From Phoronis australis (taxonomy: Eukaryota > Animalia > Phoronida): a stretch of DNA of 64,000 nucleotides. Within the stretch, counting starts at the first letter, position 1; each line of letters starts with the position of its first letter. A model generated the notes under the pieces. That model worked only from the letters and a program-made list of their open reading frames with translations, searched no databases and was not told the origin of the DNA. The position numbers and the translations under genes were made by a program. The stretch lies in NCBI GenBank assembly GCA_002633005.1, contig NMRA01000035.1, positions 538,863 to 602,862 of the forward strand, written 5' to 3'. This document shows positions 12,799 to 26,477 of this stretch, piece by piece.

Positions 12799-15700
12799 AT
12801 GAAAATCTCGCTGACCGTTGTTGCTTTTCTCAACATATTTATGGTCGTTTACGGTATGTTATTTTGAAAACTTAAATGGTTTTTGACTGCTCTAGACTTC
12901 ACGTACCAACTTCAAGTACCAAAATTCAAATATAATGAAACAATTTAAAGGTCTGGTTAGGACTACGTTTTTCTTATATTTCCAGTGAAATTCTATCTTT
13001 ATTAAGATGCAAATACTTATGTCTGTGTTGATAAATGCATTTGATTCATCATTTTGTCAACGGATTAATCGAAGGGGACCCGGTATAAAATGACATGATC
13101 AACATGAAACTCCTCACTGTCGTGCATAGAATATGGGTGGAGAGAATCTGAATATTCTGCTACGAACTGGGGCACTGACTGTTTAATTAAGCAAATGCAA
13201 TTTGTGCACACGAGAAGGTGACATGTCTTAACATTTGTTGGTCTATATAACGCACCTATTCACATTGGCACGATGTTCCGGTAGGTCATTTCTGCGGACA
13301 TCTTATAAATTGATACGGAGTTTCTTTAAGAACAAAACGTTGTGGCAATGTAGTCCAAATAAGCAAAAGATTTTTGGTTTTAGACCTGAAGGTTTTAGAA
13401 ATGATGCTAGTACATCACCACTAGTAGAAAGTAATCTAATTGGATGTCAACGTCACACAAGTAAAAATGTTTTATCCTAAGTGGATACATACGGTACAGC
13501 GTTTTGTTTTTGTTGATCAAAACATATATAACTTAATGTGCTCTATACAAACAAACCAGCAAGTAAGTTAGCAGATAGCTAAATCAAGTAAGATACGTTT
13601 AATTAAATTAAGCTTACTTCTGTATTCACTTGGAAACATTCCTTCAAATGGTTGTGATGTTCTGCAAGTTTGCAAGCCTGGGTCATGTTACACTAATCAG
13701 TAGCATATTTCATAACCTTTAAACTTCTGCCAAAGCAAGGTCAATGTTTGACTTAATTGAGAATACTTTGTCTGCTTAAGTACTCTCTGCATTAAATTTC
13801 AAAAAGAATTCGGGACAAAATAGTTTCCACGTGATATTAATTGGATTTGCCATCAAAAATGTAAATCTCAGCTACAATGATCAGACCCCTCCGTGTATGT
13901 GATCCCTTATTTTCATACTTCAATGTTCTGTGACATCCCAGGGGACCATGAATGTGGCCAACTAGGAGGGACGTGTATGTTTACTAACTACCCTTGTTAC
14001 GGCGTCTGGGACGCAGGCTTGTGTCTGGGGCCAGCGACAAGACAGTGTTGCGTCCATTATCCTAGTCGCGGTAAGGAATTTAACTAAAATGCGTAACACT
14101 AAAATTAATATAAAGTTGTATACATAACGTTTGCGTTTTGTAACACGCTCGTTTGCTGCGAAGTTCTTACATTTCCGTGTGACGTTATCGTGGACATTAC
14201 AGGTGAACATAAAACGGCGTATTACGGAAAATAACGATTTGTATCGAATGAGTGTGTTTTGTATTGTGATATAGCATATAGCTAAGAAAATTGTTTCAAA
14301 TTTAAAGCTCATTGATCCCGCGAACCGTTCATGAATCATGCTCCCAAAGTTTTATGGGAAGTCGTTCCTTTCATATATATTAAGTGATTTGATGATAAAA
14401 AACCATCCACACGGTTCCCACGAAATCATTGCCATTTACAATATACCACGTGAAATTGGTGACGACGCTGAGAACGTACGCGGTGATTCGTAATTAACCA
14501 TTTCGTCTTATTTACAAAACGAACTCGTGTTAGTCGACTTGTTCTTTGACAAATATTGTTAATTCCTACAATGGTTATTTTTTCTTCTCTCGAATCAAAC
14601 AATCTTGCTCTAAAGAAAAACGACGTTTAAAATCATTTAAGGAAAAACTCTAGACCCCGCATGCACTGACCGGGGAGGTGTGTGCCAGATGAGCGACAAA
14701 GCGTGCGCTGGGCACTATGATCTACGAGTGGGACTATGTTCTGGACCGGCCGACCGGGTCTGCTGCATTGAGGAACATGACGACCCATTCGCCGAGTTCA
14801 CACGACCCCCCGATCTCATCGTCGACGGACAGATCGGCATGCACGTGGAAGACAAGTCTGCCAAAGGCGGCGACACGTTAGACATTAGATGGCAAGGTGG
14901 GGAAAATGGAGATTTTCTTTCTTTTGTTTTCACCTAGTTAGAACACATAACAAGAACGTCTTTAGTGGTCAAACGCGTACAACGTAGAAATATTTCGTAA
15001 TAACTGCCCTGTTCGATTGGTGTTTTATCGTAAAGTGTAGGTATGCCAACCTGAATCTGCTTTTATTAGTGCCCAACCCTCAGTCGATGTTGCTGAGTTC
15101 ATGCTGGACCAAATTCTGGAAACAACAAAGTCGTGCAGTCGCGCGTAAAATTCGTAGCTTCAAAGAAATAATAGAGCGAACTACTTGATTTTCCTCGGCA
15201 CCCACTCAGAATCTCATAAATTCAGCCACTTGGCCATTATAACAATTAGATTCTTATACATCGGATTTAACTTGGAATTTTTGCCCGTGTTCATGAACAG
15301 AAAATGGGAAAGGTTGTTAATCTTTTTATGATAATTTCGTTCATGCATTTGTGAAGGTAAAATATCGTTGTAGATCGCTACAGCACGTTTTCATAACTAT
15401 CTTAGTCAGTTCCTCACCACTAAATGTTAAATTTGTTCGGGCTTTAGATATTTGTGGCATACCCGGAGACCATATGAAAACTGGACTCCACGCCGCTCGT
15501 GGAAGCTGGCCATGGCAAGCGCTAGTGTGGACGAGAACAGCTGAGGGAAAGTTCTGCTCCGGAAGTTTGGTGGCGCCTAATTATGTGCTTACGTCAGCAT
15601 CTTGTATAAAGAAGTGCGTTGTGAAGATGATGCCTCGTTTATTTCTCTAAAATCTAAAAATTCTCCCGTCTATTGGTTTACGCAGTATATTTCAAAAAAA

Positions 15701-18287
15701 CCCAATAAAATTAAAATTTTCCTGGGATAGAAACATGTTGTCGCTTTTCCATTCTTAACTGCTTTCTATACAGCTACTTTTCTACTGTAATTCACTTTAA
15801 TGTGTAATGCCACCAAATTGGTCTTAGATTTCTTTTTAATGGCATATAACCGAAGCTTAGGTGCTAATATTGTTAATCGAATCGAAAGATCAACGAAAAT
15901 TTGTAATGTTCATGAGAATATTTACTCTGTTGTCTTAGAATTGGCGAAGAGAGCCTTGTAGTACGTCTGGCGGAGACAGACATTTACAAGAAAGAGGGGT
16001 CAGAGGCGGAATACGATGTCGCCGTTGTATACGTGGTAAGAATGTTTCCACAGGCAGATCAGAATATTTATTGTTCGAAATTTGGTTTCATCTCTTTAAT
16101 TCTGTTTATTTTGGCCGGCCCTAAATGCACCTAGATACATGCGGCCATTGGCCTGTAGCGTCGATTTTACAAGCAGTGTAAAAGATAGCGTCTTTTAGAT
16201 TTTTTAACTTGCGTTTTGATAAAGCAATAAGACTGACAATATAACTTGCAACTGAAATATAATAGTAACTACAATTCGTGCTTCTTTTGGTTATAGCACG
16301 AGAAATACAATCAGCGCATCGGGCGTCATAATCTGGCGTTGTTGAAACTGACAAATGAGTCCGTCGATCTCGGCCGACGTGACATTAACACCATCTGTCG
16401 GCCGAACCCAAAGCAGACTTTCCAGGGCAAGAATTGTTGGACATATGGTTGGCGTCCTATACCAAATGGTGGGTACATATTTTAACTTCTTTTTTTTTTT
16501 ACTTCTCCATTAAGCATCGAAAGGAAGATGAAATGTCTATTACTATACAGTTTGCAACGGTTTGCAAAACGATATTGTTTTGATGCAAAGACTTCCAGCA
16601 AGCGGCCCCGGCCTAGTGGTAGCTTTCTCATTTATAATTTTCTGTACAAAAAGTTACTCGCTCAACTTATTGGTAAATGATTAATCAGTCAGTTTTCGAA
16701 AACAGCTTTTTATACCAACAAATAAAGTTGCCTTGTACCCTGTTCAGCTGGCTAAAAACGAATATGGCATGACCAGGCTTATACTCTCATAAAATCAGTC
16801 TCAACCGTGACAGGATTCAATTTCCACTACCTGAAGAATATCGAAGCCTTCAGCAACTATGAGTTAATCTTGTTTAGACTCTGTGCAAAAACGTCCTAAG
16901 GTTACGACATTCCGTGAAACAGGCCCTAGTCCCGAACTCCGGATGGAGCTAAGAAATGCGAGAAACTTCGGGAAAATCTTTGAGTGTGTTGTTAGTAACG
17001 GTTAATAATATGTGAGACCACAAGTTTCAAAAACTCGTAAATTTTTCTAGTAATTGTCAAGGGAATATCACACTACAATTGTATTTTCTTCCTCCACACG
17101 CGAGCTGTCGCTGCCGGATGAGATTACCAGCTTAACCGTGTGAACACAACGCTATCCACTTGGATAGCGTCAAATAACTTTTTAATGGTATTTTCTCCGA
17201 GTGATCCCAAAACACACGTTTCGTTAGGTCTTGCAAGGCCCTCGGGTATTAACTGCCTTAATACGTTTAATGTTCTTCACGGAGTGTCCATTTCTACCGT
17301 CCCCAAACTGAAGGTTGTATCGTTCTCATGCGACCGTAACCACACTGCTTCAATGTCGTTGCAGACCATACCTCTGGAATTTTGAAACAAGTGCGGGCTA
17401 CCACTTTGACGTCTCGGATGTGTTCTCGCCAAATTTGGGGTTTCACCGAAGGCTTAACATGCACTTCCAACAGACAACAGGTCGCTTGTATGGTGCGTAG
17501 AATTCTTTGAACGCAACTATTTGCTGGCAATACATCTCAACGAAATTGGAGCTTCTATAAACATGCCTTTTGAAAAGAAATATTCTTTGATTGAGAGCAC
17601 TTGCCATTATAAGAGTGGCCTTAATTAATTTTTGGCTCAGGTCAGAAACGATTTCTTTTGGGCTTGGAAGAACCAGCAGTACGTAATTGCCTGGACAAGG
17701 TGACTTGACCCGGCTGGTCATGTTATACGCATAGCAAGATCTAAAGCAACCTCAGTTCACTCTTTGACTGAAATAAGGTTATTAACGTCTTTAAATTAAT
17801 GAAAATTTTTGCACGAAACCAAGGTGTATACGGAAATTTCTAACACCTTGATGAAATTTTGAAATATTTGGATGTACACGGCACTAGTTTTGTCCAGCAA
17901 AGACGTCTATGAGACATAATAAATCTTAGTACTATGAAGATGTTTTAATTTTAAAGGAAATAGTGTTCGCAGAGAAATCAACGATGTAGGCTTCTTACCA
18001 GTAAAGCACTGCAGTTCATCATCCCTTGGAATTTATTTTACTATTCCAAGTCTGTAAACGTGCTGACATTTAATTTGCTTTCACAAACACCGTCGCTCGT
18101 GTTTCAGGTTAACAGCGGAAGCGGTTTGGTGTGCGAAGATGGAGGGCGATTCTTTCTCGCCGGCGTAGCTTCCTTCGATGAGAGCGCGTGCCAGGAATCC
18201 GAACCTACTAGAGTATTTTCGGACGTCTCCTTCTATCTGAACTGGCTGTATTTGAGAACGAGAAAGAGTTATGAGGATACTGATTAA
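12799..18287 (+). CDS. Secreted non-catalytic trypsin-family (S1A) serine-protease homolog with two N-terminal six-cysteine defensin-like modules; 8 exons
   Basis: Exons are 12799-12853 (signal peptide MKISLTVVAFLNIFMVVY), 13942-14070, 14642 (or 14654)-14896, 15448-15613, 15939-16035, 16297-16468, 17365-17492 and 18108-18287, all GT-AG and phase-consistent. S1A landmarks: GSWPWQA, FCSGSLVAPNYVLTSASC, HNLALLKL, INTIC, CWTYGW, ACMVNSGSGLVC, FFLAGVASF, VFSDVSFYLNW. Confidence 0.9.
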
Positions 18288-21075
18288 AATAACATGTTGC
18301 ACGCTAAGGAGATGCAAGAATGTTGAACTTTGCTTAAGTTTATAAACTGATCATTACTTCATCTTGTAATCTGTTCTCGTATCTTTTAAGTCAAACGTAA
18401 TTCCTATTCCCGATTCTCTTGACGACTTTTTAGCACTGTTTGAGTTTCGTTGTAATTCTGTCTTGGCCAATTACAAAAAGCGGCTTTTACACTTTCTTGT
18501 GCGCCAACTTCAACCTCTTCAGAGTCTTGTTCCCTCTTTTTGTGATGTTGCCGTTGAATGTATTGTGTATGCTATGTTTGCGATACCTTTATATCAAGTA
18601 ATTAAATATGATTAAGTATGATTAAAAGGGGATCAATTTTGTTCTTTTACTTCATGACGGTTGTCTCTTGAAGTTTAATTTTGGCGAAGCATAGTAGGTT
18701 GTCGCTACTTAGGGTCAATTTAATTATTCGTAACCTGACAAACTTCTACAGGCGCATTTCATTATTTAATTAAATTACTTTTCAAGTAATATTTACGACA
18801 GTGTGTGGAAACGTCTTACTCCGTGGTTGCTTTAGGTTAAGAATACACCAAGCTGTACATGTTACCAAACGTACAGTTTTTGGAAAACATCCAGTGGATA
18901 TGTCGACATCTGGTTTGGAGGAGGCGGCGGGAAAAACCATACAGTCGTGGGATTTAGTAGAAAATACGCCCCTATTCGTCGTTGATTCAACTTCCGAGTC
19001 ACTTACCCCGAGGTCAGTAACACTTAGCCAAATTTGGTCTTTTCCTTTATTTCGCAACCGAGTAGGTTGTATGCGTTATCATGAACGCGTCACGCGCACG
19101 TGGATCTGTCAGAATCGTTCAATTAAATGCACCTCACAAAAAATGAGGAATACAAAATTCGTCAGATGTCTTCTTCTTGAAAACATTTCTCGTAATAAAC
19201 ACGTAGAAAGTGAAGTAAACGCTCAAACGCCTGACCGTGAGCCAAGGACCGCCTGTAGCATCACCGAACTAAAGACTTATTGTGTAAGTGTACCAAGACA
19301 CTGGGAGGCACTTTAAGAAACCTTGGTCGACATGAAAACTTCGGGGTTTCATAACAAATCCTACTAACGGTCCTCAAAAGAAATACCGCCTCTAATTAAG
19401 ATTAATGGGCTAAAGGCGTGCACTTTTACGTCATTTCAACTCTTGACGTCATACACATGTAGGCCTAAAAAATGCCAGTGTTTGAGTAAATATCATAGTT
19501 CAGTTGACTATTCTGATAAAGCCTCCATTTCCAAAGTTCTCGACTGTTGCGTTATCGGTAGGCTAGTTGCCCCATACAATTTAAGACCCCTTTCTCGCTC
19601 ACTTTCGGTTCATTAAACAGACCTTCTGTGCATAATTAAGTTTGTATATGTAACCTAGCTCAATTTCCAGCCCAGCCTCAATGATCCCAAAATAAACGTC
19701 ATAAAAGGATAATAGTTTTCACATATCATCGCATGGTAACGTGTTGGCGCAGTAAGAAGTGTTCCAGCAGGTGTGTACCTTGCCATACCGGGTACGCTAA
19801 AAAGGATACATACCAATATCCTTGTCTCCTACTACCTTACGTGATCCCCGAAAAATCCTAACTTCAATGATTCCTTTATAAAATAGACTGCCAGTTTGCA
19901 AAAAGTTGACCAGATTTTTAGCTTTAATCAGCACATCTCTATCGAAGAAAATGCAGAGGCGTCTCGCTGGCAGTTGCGTCAGTAAACCAATCCCACCATC
20001 ATCTTTTTACTTGTATTGGATATAAAAGTCTGGAAAATCTCCTTGAATCAGGTATCGGTATGAATTTTCTCCTTAATGAGATTTTAGTTTGATACACTGG
20101 ATAATCAATCTTAGAAGCACCGATGAGGTAATTTCGCTTCAAGGCAAAACCTGGATATGTCATCGTGTCAGCGTATGAAGTCGTATGCGTGATACTAATA
20201 AGATGAACTAAAAATACATATCTCCGCGAGCAATCAGAGTTCATTAACCTTTTTAGCAGTTGATTTAGCGTATCCTAAGTAACACTCCCTGCAGATTTTA
20301 CATGGTCAACAAAGTAACGCTAATTCCCAGCCAATGGATAGTAGAAAAGAACAGTACATCTATTTCGTTTCTAGTTTCTGGTAAGAAGTCCGGATCTGTT
20401 CTTGGAGCTAATTTATTGGCGATACCTACTATTCATTACGTTGATGCGCGAGTTTTTAATCTTGTTTAACCTCACTTGTGACGACTGCTTCATTGAAATA
20501 CCATTGAAAGTTCAAATTTTGTGATAGTATTCAACAGATTGGCAAGAACACAATTGAATGATATCTGCCCCATCAATAAAGTCAAAAACAGTGTTACAAG
20601 GAACCATACCATTGGTATCGTACCAAAATGTACCACGTTGTCTTAGATTATAAGGTAGCCAAGTAGTGGACAAACTAATAGCTTGCATTTGTACATAGTT
20701 GTGAAGACTTATAGTCAAGGATCTTTCCTCGACGTTTATTTCATATTTCAATGAGCGATGCTAAGGTTAACGGATTTTATGGGTCAATAAATATACAAAA
20801 ACGGGTTTATCAAATGTTAAGATTGTGTTTAGGAATACATCTTAAAAACAAAACATGATCAACATAAAACCAATTAAAAGCGAACACAGAACAAAAAGGT
20901 AATGTTATATGAAATTAAATCATCAAGGTTACGTGAAACGCTTTTTCATCTCAAGTTTATGCATGGAATTTTTTCAAAACGCAAAATATCTAGCCCTTAA
21001 TTCATTCTAAAAATAAATAAATTTCAGAAAAAAAAACATATATACATGCTTAAGTGATACGAGTCGCAGTGCGAG

Positions 21076-22635
21076 TCAACAGCATTTTTCGGACAAAATC
21101 GATGCCATGACGTCACTATTTCTCTGCAACTCCTCCATAAGATGACTAACCTCCTTCCGTAGACGGTTGATTTCGATACTCTTTTCATTCAGAATTTTTT
21201 CGTACACTTTCGTGCATTTTCCCACAACTGGCATCACACATCTGCTGACGATCAGTTGATGAACATCAGAGTTCCACTCAGAGGACTTCAAATGCTTCTC
21301 GATACTTTCCTGCACACGCGATGCAACGGAAGGAACGACGTCGTCCTGTCGCGCCTGTGGATTGGAAGTCGAATCCAATGCATCCGTGTAAACACTAATA
21401 CTTCGTTCATCCACATGGCCATTATTCAAATTTTCTTCGCACACCTTGCGATTGTCTAGCTCTTCGTTTTTAACATACCATGGCTGGTCAATAGATAGGC
21501 AAACGTCGCCGTCACTACGTTCTGCGTTTAAACCCGTGTCAATGGCTTCTTGTATGGATGAGCATTGCCGATTTTCATTTCGTAGGTTAGGAAGTTGAAA
21601 ATTTGATCTTGCAGTGTCCTGATCGGGCTGTACTTGAACTTCAAGACCAACACAATGTCGCTTGGACGATGGAAGACACGAAAAAGGTTTCCTTTGCTCC
21701 CTAGATGAAGCAGACCCACTACCGACGGCGTTTTTAGTAGCCTGCTTGCGCCGTTTCAATGGATTACTTTTGTCTTCGTTATTTTGCTGTTTATTCTGTT
21801 TTCTGCTTACGAGATTTTTCCCGCCGAAGCAACACCCCTCGCACTGCCTCATAAATCGATTTACATCCTCCCGCAATGTCAACCAGTAAAAATATTTTGA
21901 GATTTCTTTCCGTGTTGTCTTGCAGTTCAGATGGTGACCGTGCTTCACGTGAACGTCATCAAAGACACTTCTTTTCGCATTGTCATCTGTAAGAACAGCT
22001 TTGTACGTAACTTGGCCACAGTACCTGAGCTCGAACCAGAGTTTCTCGCCATCTGTCAATTAGAAGGGCAATTGTCACAAAATAAAACCTGAACCAGAAG
22101 CGAATTGTTCCTCAGACAAACCTTTAAGCCCACATTGGACTGTTTTTACCATTATACGATCATTTATCTATTCCACCAGTAATCAACACAGACACGTGCC
22201 AGCTCATTACGTGTTCAGTCAAACTTTGCCGATTATCAGAAGTAGACACAACGGTTGTCTCATTTGCTCAGGATTTAGTGAAAAATATCAAGTACTTCCT
22301 TGTTTGAATATATTGAGTAAATTTGCGTGTTTCGTACTTGAAAATTGTCAAACTGCAAATTTCTCCAACTGCAAATTAGCTTTACAGTAGCATGATCTCA
22401 TGGGTCGTTGTTGCCGGGTTTTTAATTCAGTGGTGCTTGCAGAGAATGGCCAGAGACCGTGAAATAGGCATCCTTGTATTATATCACTGTAACAGATTGA
22501 AATTCACGACTTACCCAAACGAAACTGTTTGGCATAACCACAGAAAGCATTACGTTGGTCAAGGTCAGTAACGTAAGCTGGCATACTACCATCTAAAAGA
22601 TAATTCTTAATGTCGTCCAGAGTGTGTTTCTTCAT
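21076..22635 (-). CDS. 365-aa protein with N-terminal Gypsy-type integrase zinc-binding (HHCC) domain and C-terminal coiled coil; 2 exons
   Basis: Exon 1 (22635-22515, MKKHTLDDIKNYLLDGSMPAYVTDLDQRNAFCGYAKQFRL) ends at G|GTAAGT and joins in phase 1 at TTGACAG|AT to exon 2 (22052-21076). It contains VFDDVHVKHGHHLNCKTTRKEISKYFYWLTLREDVNRFMRQCEGC. The frame is intact and no DDE core is visible. Confidence 0.85.
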
Positions 22636-23799
22636 GCTGTAGCCGACACGTACACACTCTACTTTCTATGAAAACTGATTAGCAATGGGTGCAACTTCTA
22701 AAGCTGAACGAAGCAAACTAACCCGCAGCACAGCGGATACAGTATTCTTCAGACGACAAAGCAGCAGGTGGTCGCAGCGGTGGCGAGAAATTCAAACGCC
22801 TCCTGCGATAGTAAATTTTGTTCAGCCATAATGAAATCACTACGGTGGCTCAAAGGTGACCCAGATAAATAAAAAAGAAACGCGCGATGTCATCTTTCGA
22901 CCACCGTAAATCAAGGCTGCCTTCCTTGGGTAATTTCTTGCGAGAAAAACGAGCTGAGCATGCGAGATGTCGATCGCCATGCATTAATACACTAGCTTCA
23001 CTTGAGAGTGTCTCCTCTGTGGAATGCTTCACAATCATATAGCACGACGTAGAGACTGCGAATGTTACTTTTCAGTCTTAACCTGCTACAAAACGACCTT
23101 TTGGCACAAAATTTTTAATCAAGGCTACTTACAGTTATAAATGTGCGGTCTCGACTTTTTCCTCACCTCCAATTTCCCCCCAATTTGCGAACAAATTAAA
23201 TTGTTCTTACTGAATGCCTTCAAAACAACCAAACTGGAGCAACAAACCAGATGAAATGGGAGTCACAGGTCAACGTTTCATATTCACTCACGTGGTAAAG
23301 AAAGGTGTATACATGTACCTGTTCCTTAAATTTACCTGTAATATCAGATTATAAGGTGGTTCCAGATAAGGTTTCGCCGTAGAAGTATGGCAACAAATGT
23401 ATTTCTTGTCAAAACTGGTGTCAAACAATCAAATCTCTGTACAATTTGCAGAATAGAGCCAGAAAGTACGACTCATCTCTGCTGAGATTAGAATGGCGAC
23501 CATCAACTGCTAGTCTGCAATCGGTCATTGGCGTGCTATTCGTAGACGCGAGAGCCTCGCGAATACGCAAGAACACGCAAGACTTCGCAAGATTACGATG
23601 TATTGCAAGAAATATACTAAATGTTTTCGCGAGATCAATGAGTCTACGGTACTCAACCCCGACCACGCTATTTGATTCACTCAGGATCACTCATTAGGCA
23701 AGCACTTGCGAAGTAACAATTTTTCATCGAGTGAAAGACTGTCTTCTGGTCTATCACGTGGTTGCAGGTCTCGCCATGCGTAGTTGTCAAATAAACCAG

Positions 23800-23965
23800 C
23801 AGGGGCGGATCCAGGATTTTGAGTTGGGGGGAGGGGGGGGGGCAGGGCAGAGTATTAGCCAGGATTTTGCCCATCAGACATTCGCACCCCTGTATTACCA
23901 AATGGAATCTGGGAGAATTTTAGGGAAGGGGCATGGCCCCTTTGCCCCCCTCTAAATCCACCCTT
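23800..23965 (+). mobile_element. MITE, copy 2 of the CAGGGGCGGATCC family
   Basis: Near-identical to 11843-11997 (CAGGGCAGAGTATTAGCCAGGATTTTGCCC...CTGGGAGAATTTTAGGG). Confidence 0.75.
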
Positions 23966-26436
23966 CAATCACCATGATTAAATTTGCATAAATATTTACA
24001 TAAAGGAGGTATAATCTTAATTTCACCTGGACGACAGTGCTCTCAGGAGACTGCAACGGCCGGTGGATTGTAAGCAAAAGTTTTGACTTTTTACTTTAAA
24101 GTAACACAATAAACGTTTTGATGAATCCTATATGATTCACTTAATAAATATTATAGAACTCGTTGTTCCTTTATGTCTCGTAATTCAACGGCAAAAGTGT
24201 ATGCAGTAGAGAGAACACCTCGTAATGTACGACCTGTTAAACAGCGTGCTTAAAAGATACGCCTTGTGCTTCTTTTCACTGAAAAAATTCTTGAAAAACA
24301 TTTGAACGAAAACCATTGAAGTGAATTAAAAACTTTTTCCCAGCTGCTGGTGTTTCAAAACCCAATCAAATGTGCTCAAAATAAACAGAATTTATTATGG
24401 ATTATAAAAATAAACTTCTGGTAGCAAACTCACAGTTGAACGCCCCTGCCAACCCGCGATCGAGAACGCCCGGAAGGCGATCGAGAACGATGACCTTGCA
24501 CCAAAAATGGCAGATGCCAGTGACGTACCCAGTGAGTTTAAGTGTAATTTTCTTCTTAAATAGAGGCTACTTTGATACGAATGCAACACACAGAAAAGCG
24601 TTACAGTTTAGTCTTTGTTGTGACGATTCAGTATCCTATCTGCGTTCAGTGTTTCACGGAGGACAGTGTGACACATTGCGTCACAGCACGAGGACACTCC
24701 TTTTTGTGAATGTGGCATGTCATGCAAACAGTATGCCTCTTTCTACTGGCACAAGAACCAAAAACGTCATGAATGAAATAATTGTTCCTCAAGTTTCTTT
24801 CTATATTTGTGTTATTTCATTAGGATCTTTAATAGAACCATTGCATTTTTGTAGTGTTTAGGTAGATTTAAAAGTCCATACTAAGGGTCATTGGGCGATA
24901 CTTACATACAATTGTTTTGACAACAAGTTGACTACACTTTGAGAAAATTACAATATAGTATTTGTATTATAACTCGTCTCACTCTTTTTCAATGTAACAT
25001 TAAACTGGAGGATTAAACAGAGGATGCACGGTGAACTCAGGAACAAGACTACAAAACAGAAGAGTCAAACAAAACGTACATCCAAGCCCCGAGGGTGCCA
25101 CAAGTCATTCTGTTCATCTCTGTATCGATGTTATCAGTAAACATCAAGTAAAGTCCCATCCGTTTTATCAGCTTACACAACTTCTAGCAATTTTTAAATA
25201 CCAGACGTTCATGAGCAGGAATCTTTGAATCATCTCGTGAATGGTGTTGTCGCGCTCCTCTTTCTCTCCATAGTCAAGTTCATCATCATTCTTTGACTTC
25301 ACTGCCTATTTGTTTTTTCTTTCTTTTGCTGACTCAATTCTGCAAGAAGATTCGACTCTAGCTTTCATCTGCAGCAACAATTTGTTTACACCTGGCTGAC
25401 ACGCCACATGGAACAACTCCTGGGTGAGTCTTAGTTTAGAACCCCTTGTTTCCAGGGATTTCGTCTAAAAGTAGATGTCTATTTCAAAACTATCTAGTAA
25501 GGTTTACCTTCACGTCGTGGGTAACATGTTCGTTGGAGCTCGCCTCACAATAATTTCAGTGAACTTGTTTCATAAAATGAAAATAAAATCATTTGTGAAA
25601 ATATTTATAACTAAAATAGTATGCTTGATGTACATGTAATGCTCATGGCGCTTTAATGATAATATGCTATATTGTTTTGTTTTGATACGGCAATAACACA
25701 GTAATGACGCAAAATGCACCACTCTTATTTTGTAACCTTCTTCACGTTTTCTAAATAAAAAGCTAATAATTGTTCTACACACCACGATGTGTTCCCGATG
25801 GCTTATCATTGCGTTCTCCATGATCGCTTCTTTCAACAGAAAAGTGTTGGAAATTCAGAGATCCTGACAAGAATGCGAAAAAGAAGCGTTGCGTTATAAT
25901 TTCAGACGTCACTTCTTCATAAATTCATGACAAATATATTGATATAGTGCCAAGAATGACTGCAGTTTGCCAATTGAAAATAAAATACAAATCACCTTCC
26001 GCTGATGCAATGGCATCGGTTAATTTAACTTTTCTCCAATAATTGGAACAGACAATAACCAAATCTCTCCCTGTCCTTCATCAATGTGTTACGCCTTGAA
26101 CTCGTGTCTCTGTTTTCACGTTGAAAGTAAAAACAACGAAAATTCATTAAATTTACACACCTTGTCTGGCTTCGTTTTATTTCACGACTGTGAGTTTGCC
26201 AGTATCAAGCAAGTGCAGTACTATTTTTTAAAGAAATTTTAGGATATTCCCTCGATTCATGAAACCATTCAATTCTGTGTTCTAAACGGGTGGAATGTTG
26301 CATTTCACGAAAGATTATTACCTAAAAGTTGCCATAACGTGTGGATTCTTTGAACATTACTTCTATTAGTATGAAATTTCGCCATTGTCGCAAAATAGCT
26401 TCACACTCTCGAGTTCATTAATGCATATTGCGTGTG

Positions 26437-26461
26437 TGACGTCAATGTATTGATGACGTCA
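26437..26461. promoter_or_regulatory. Two perfect CRE palindromes (TGACGTCA) immediately 5' of the large ORF
   Basis: TGACGTCA at 26437-26444 and 26454-26461. Function is unverified. Confidence 0.35.
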
Positions 26462-26477
26462 TTATTCATATTTGAAT

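Noticed and set aside
17140-17721. Several overlapping ORFs in the track
   Set aside because: They are off-frame or antisense shadows of the true protease-homolog exon 17365-17492.
18801-19316. 171-aa ORF
   Set aside because: Non-ATG start, no domain signature and no clear splice context.
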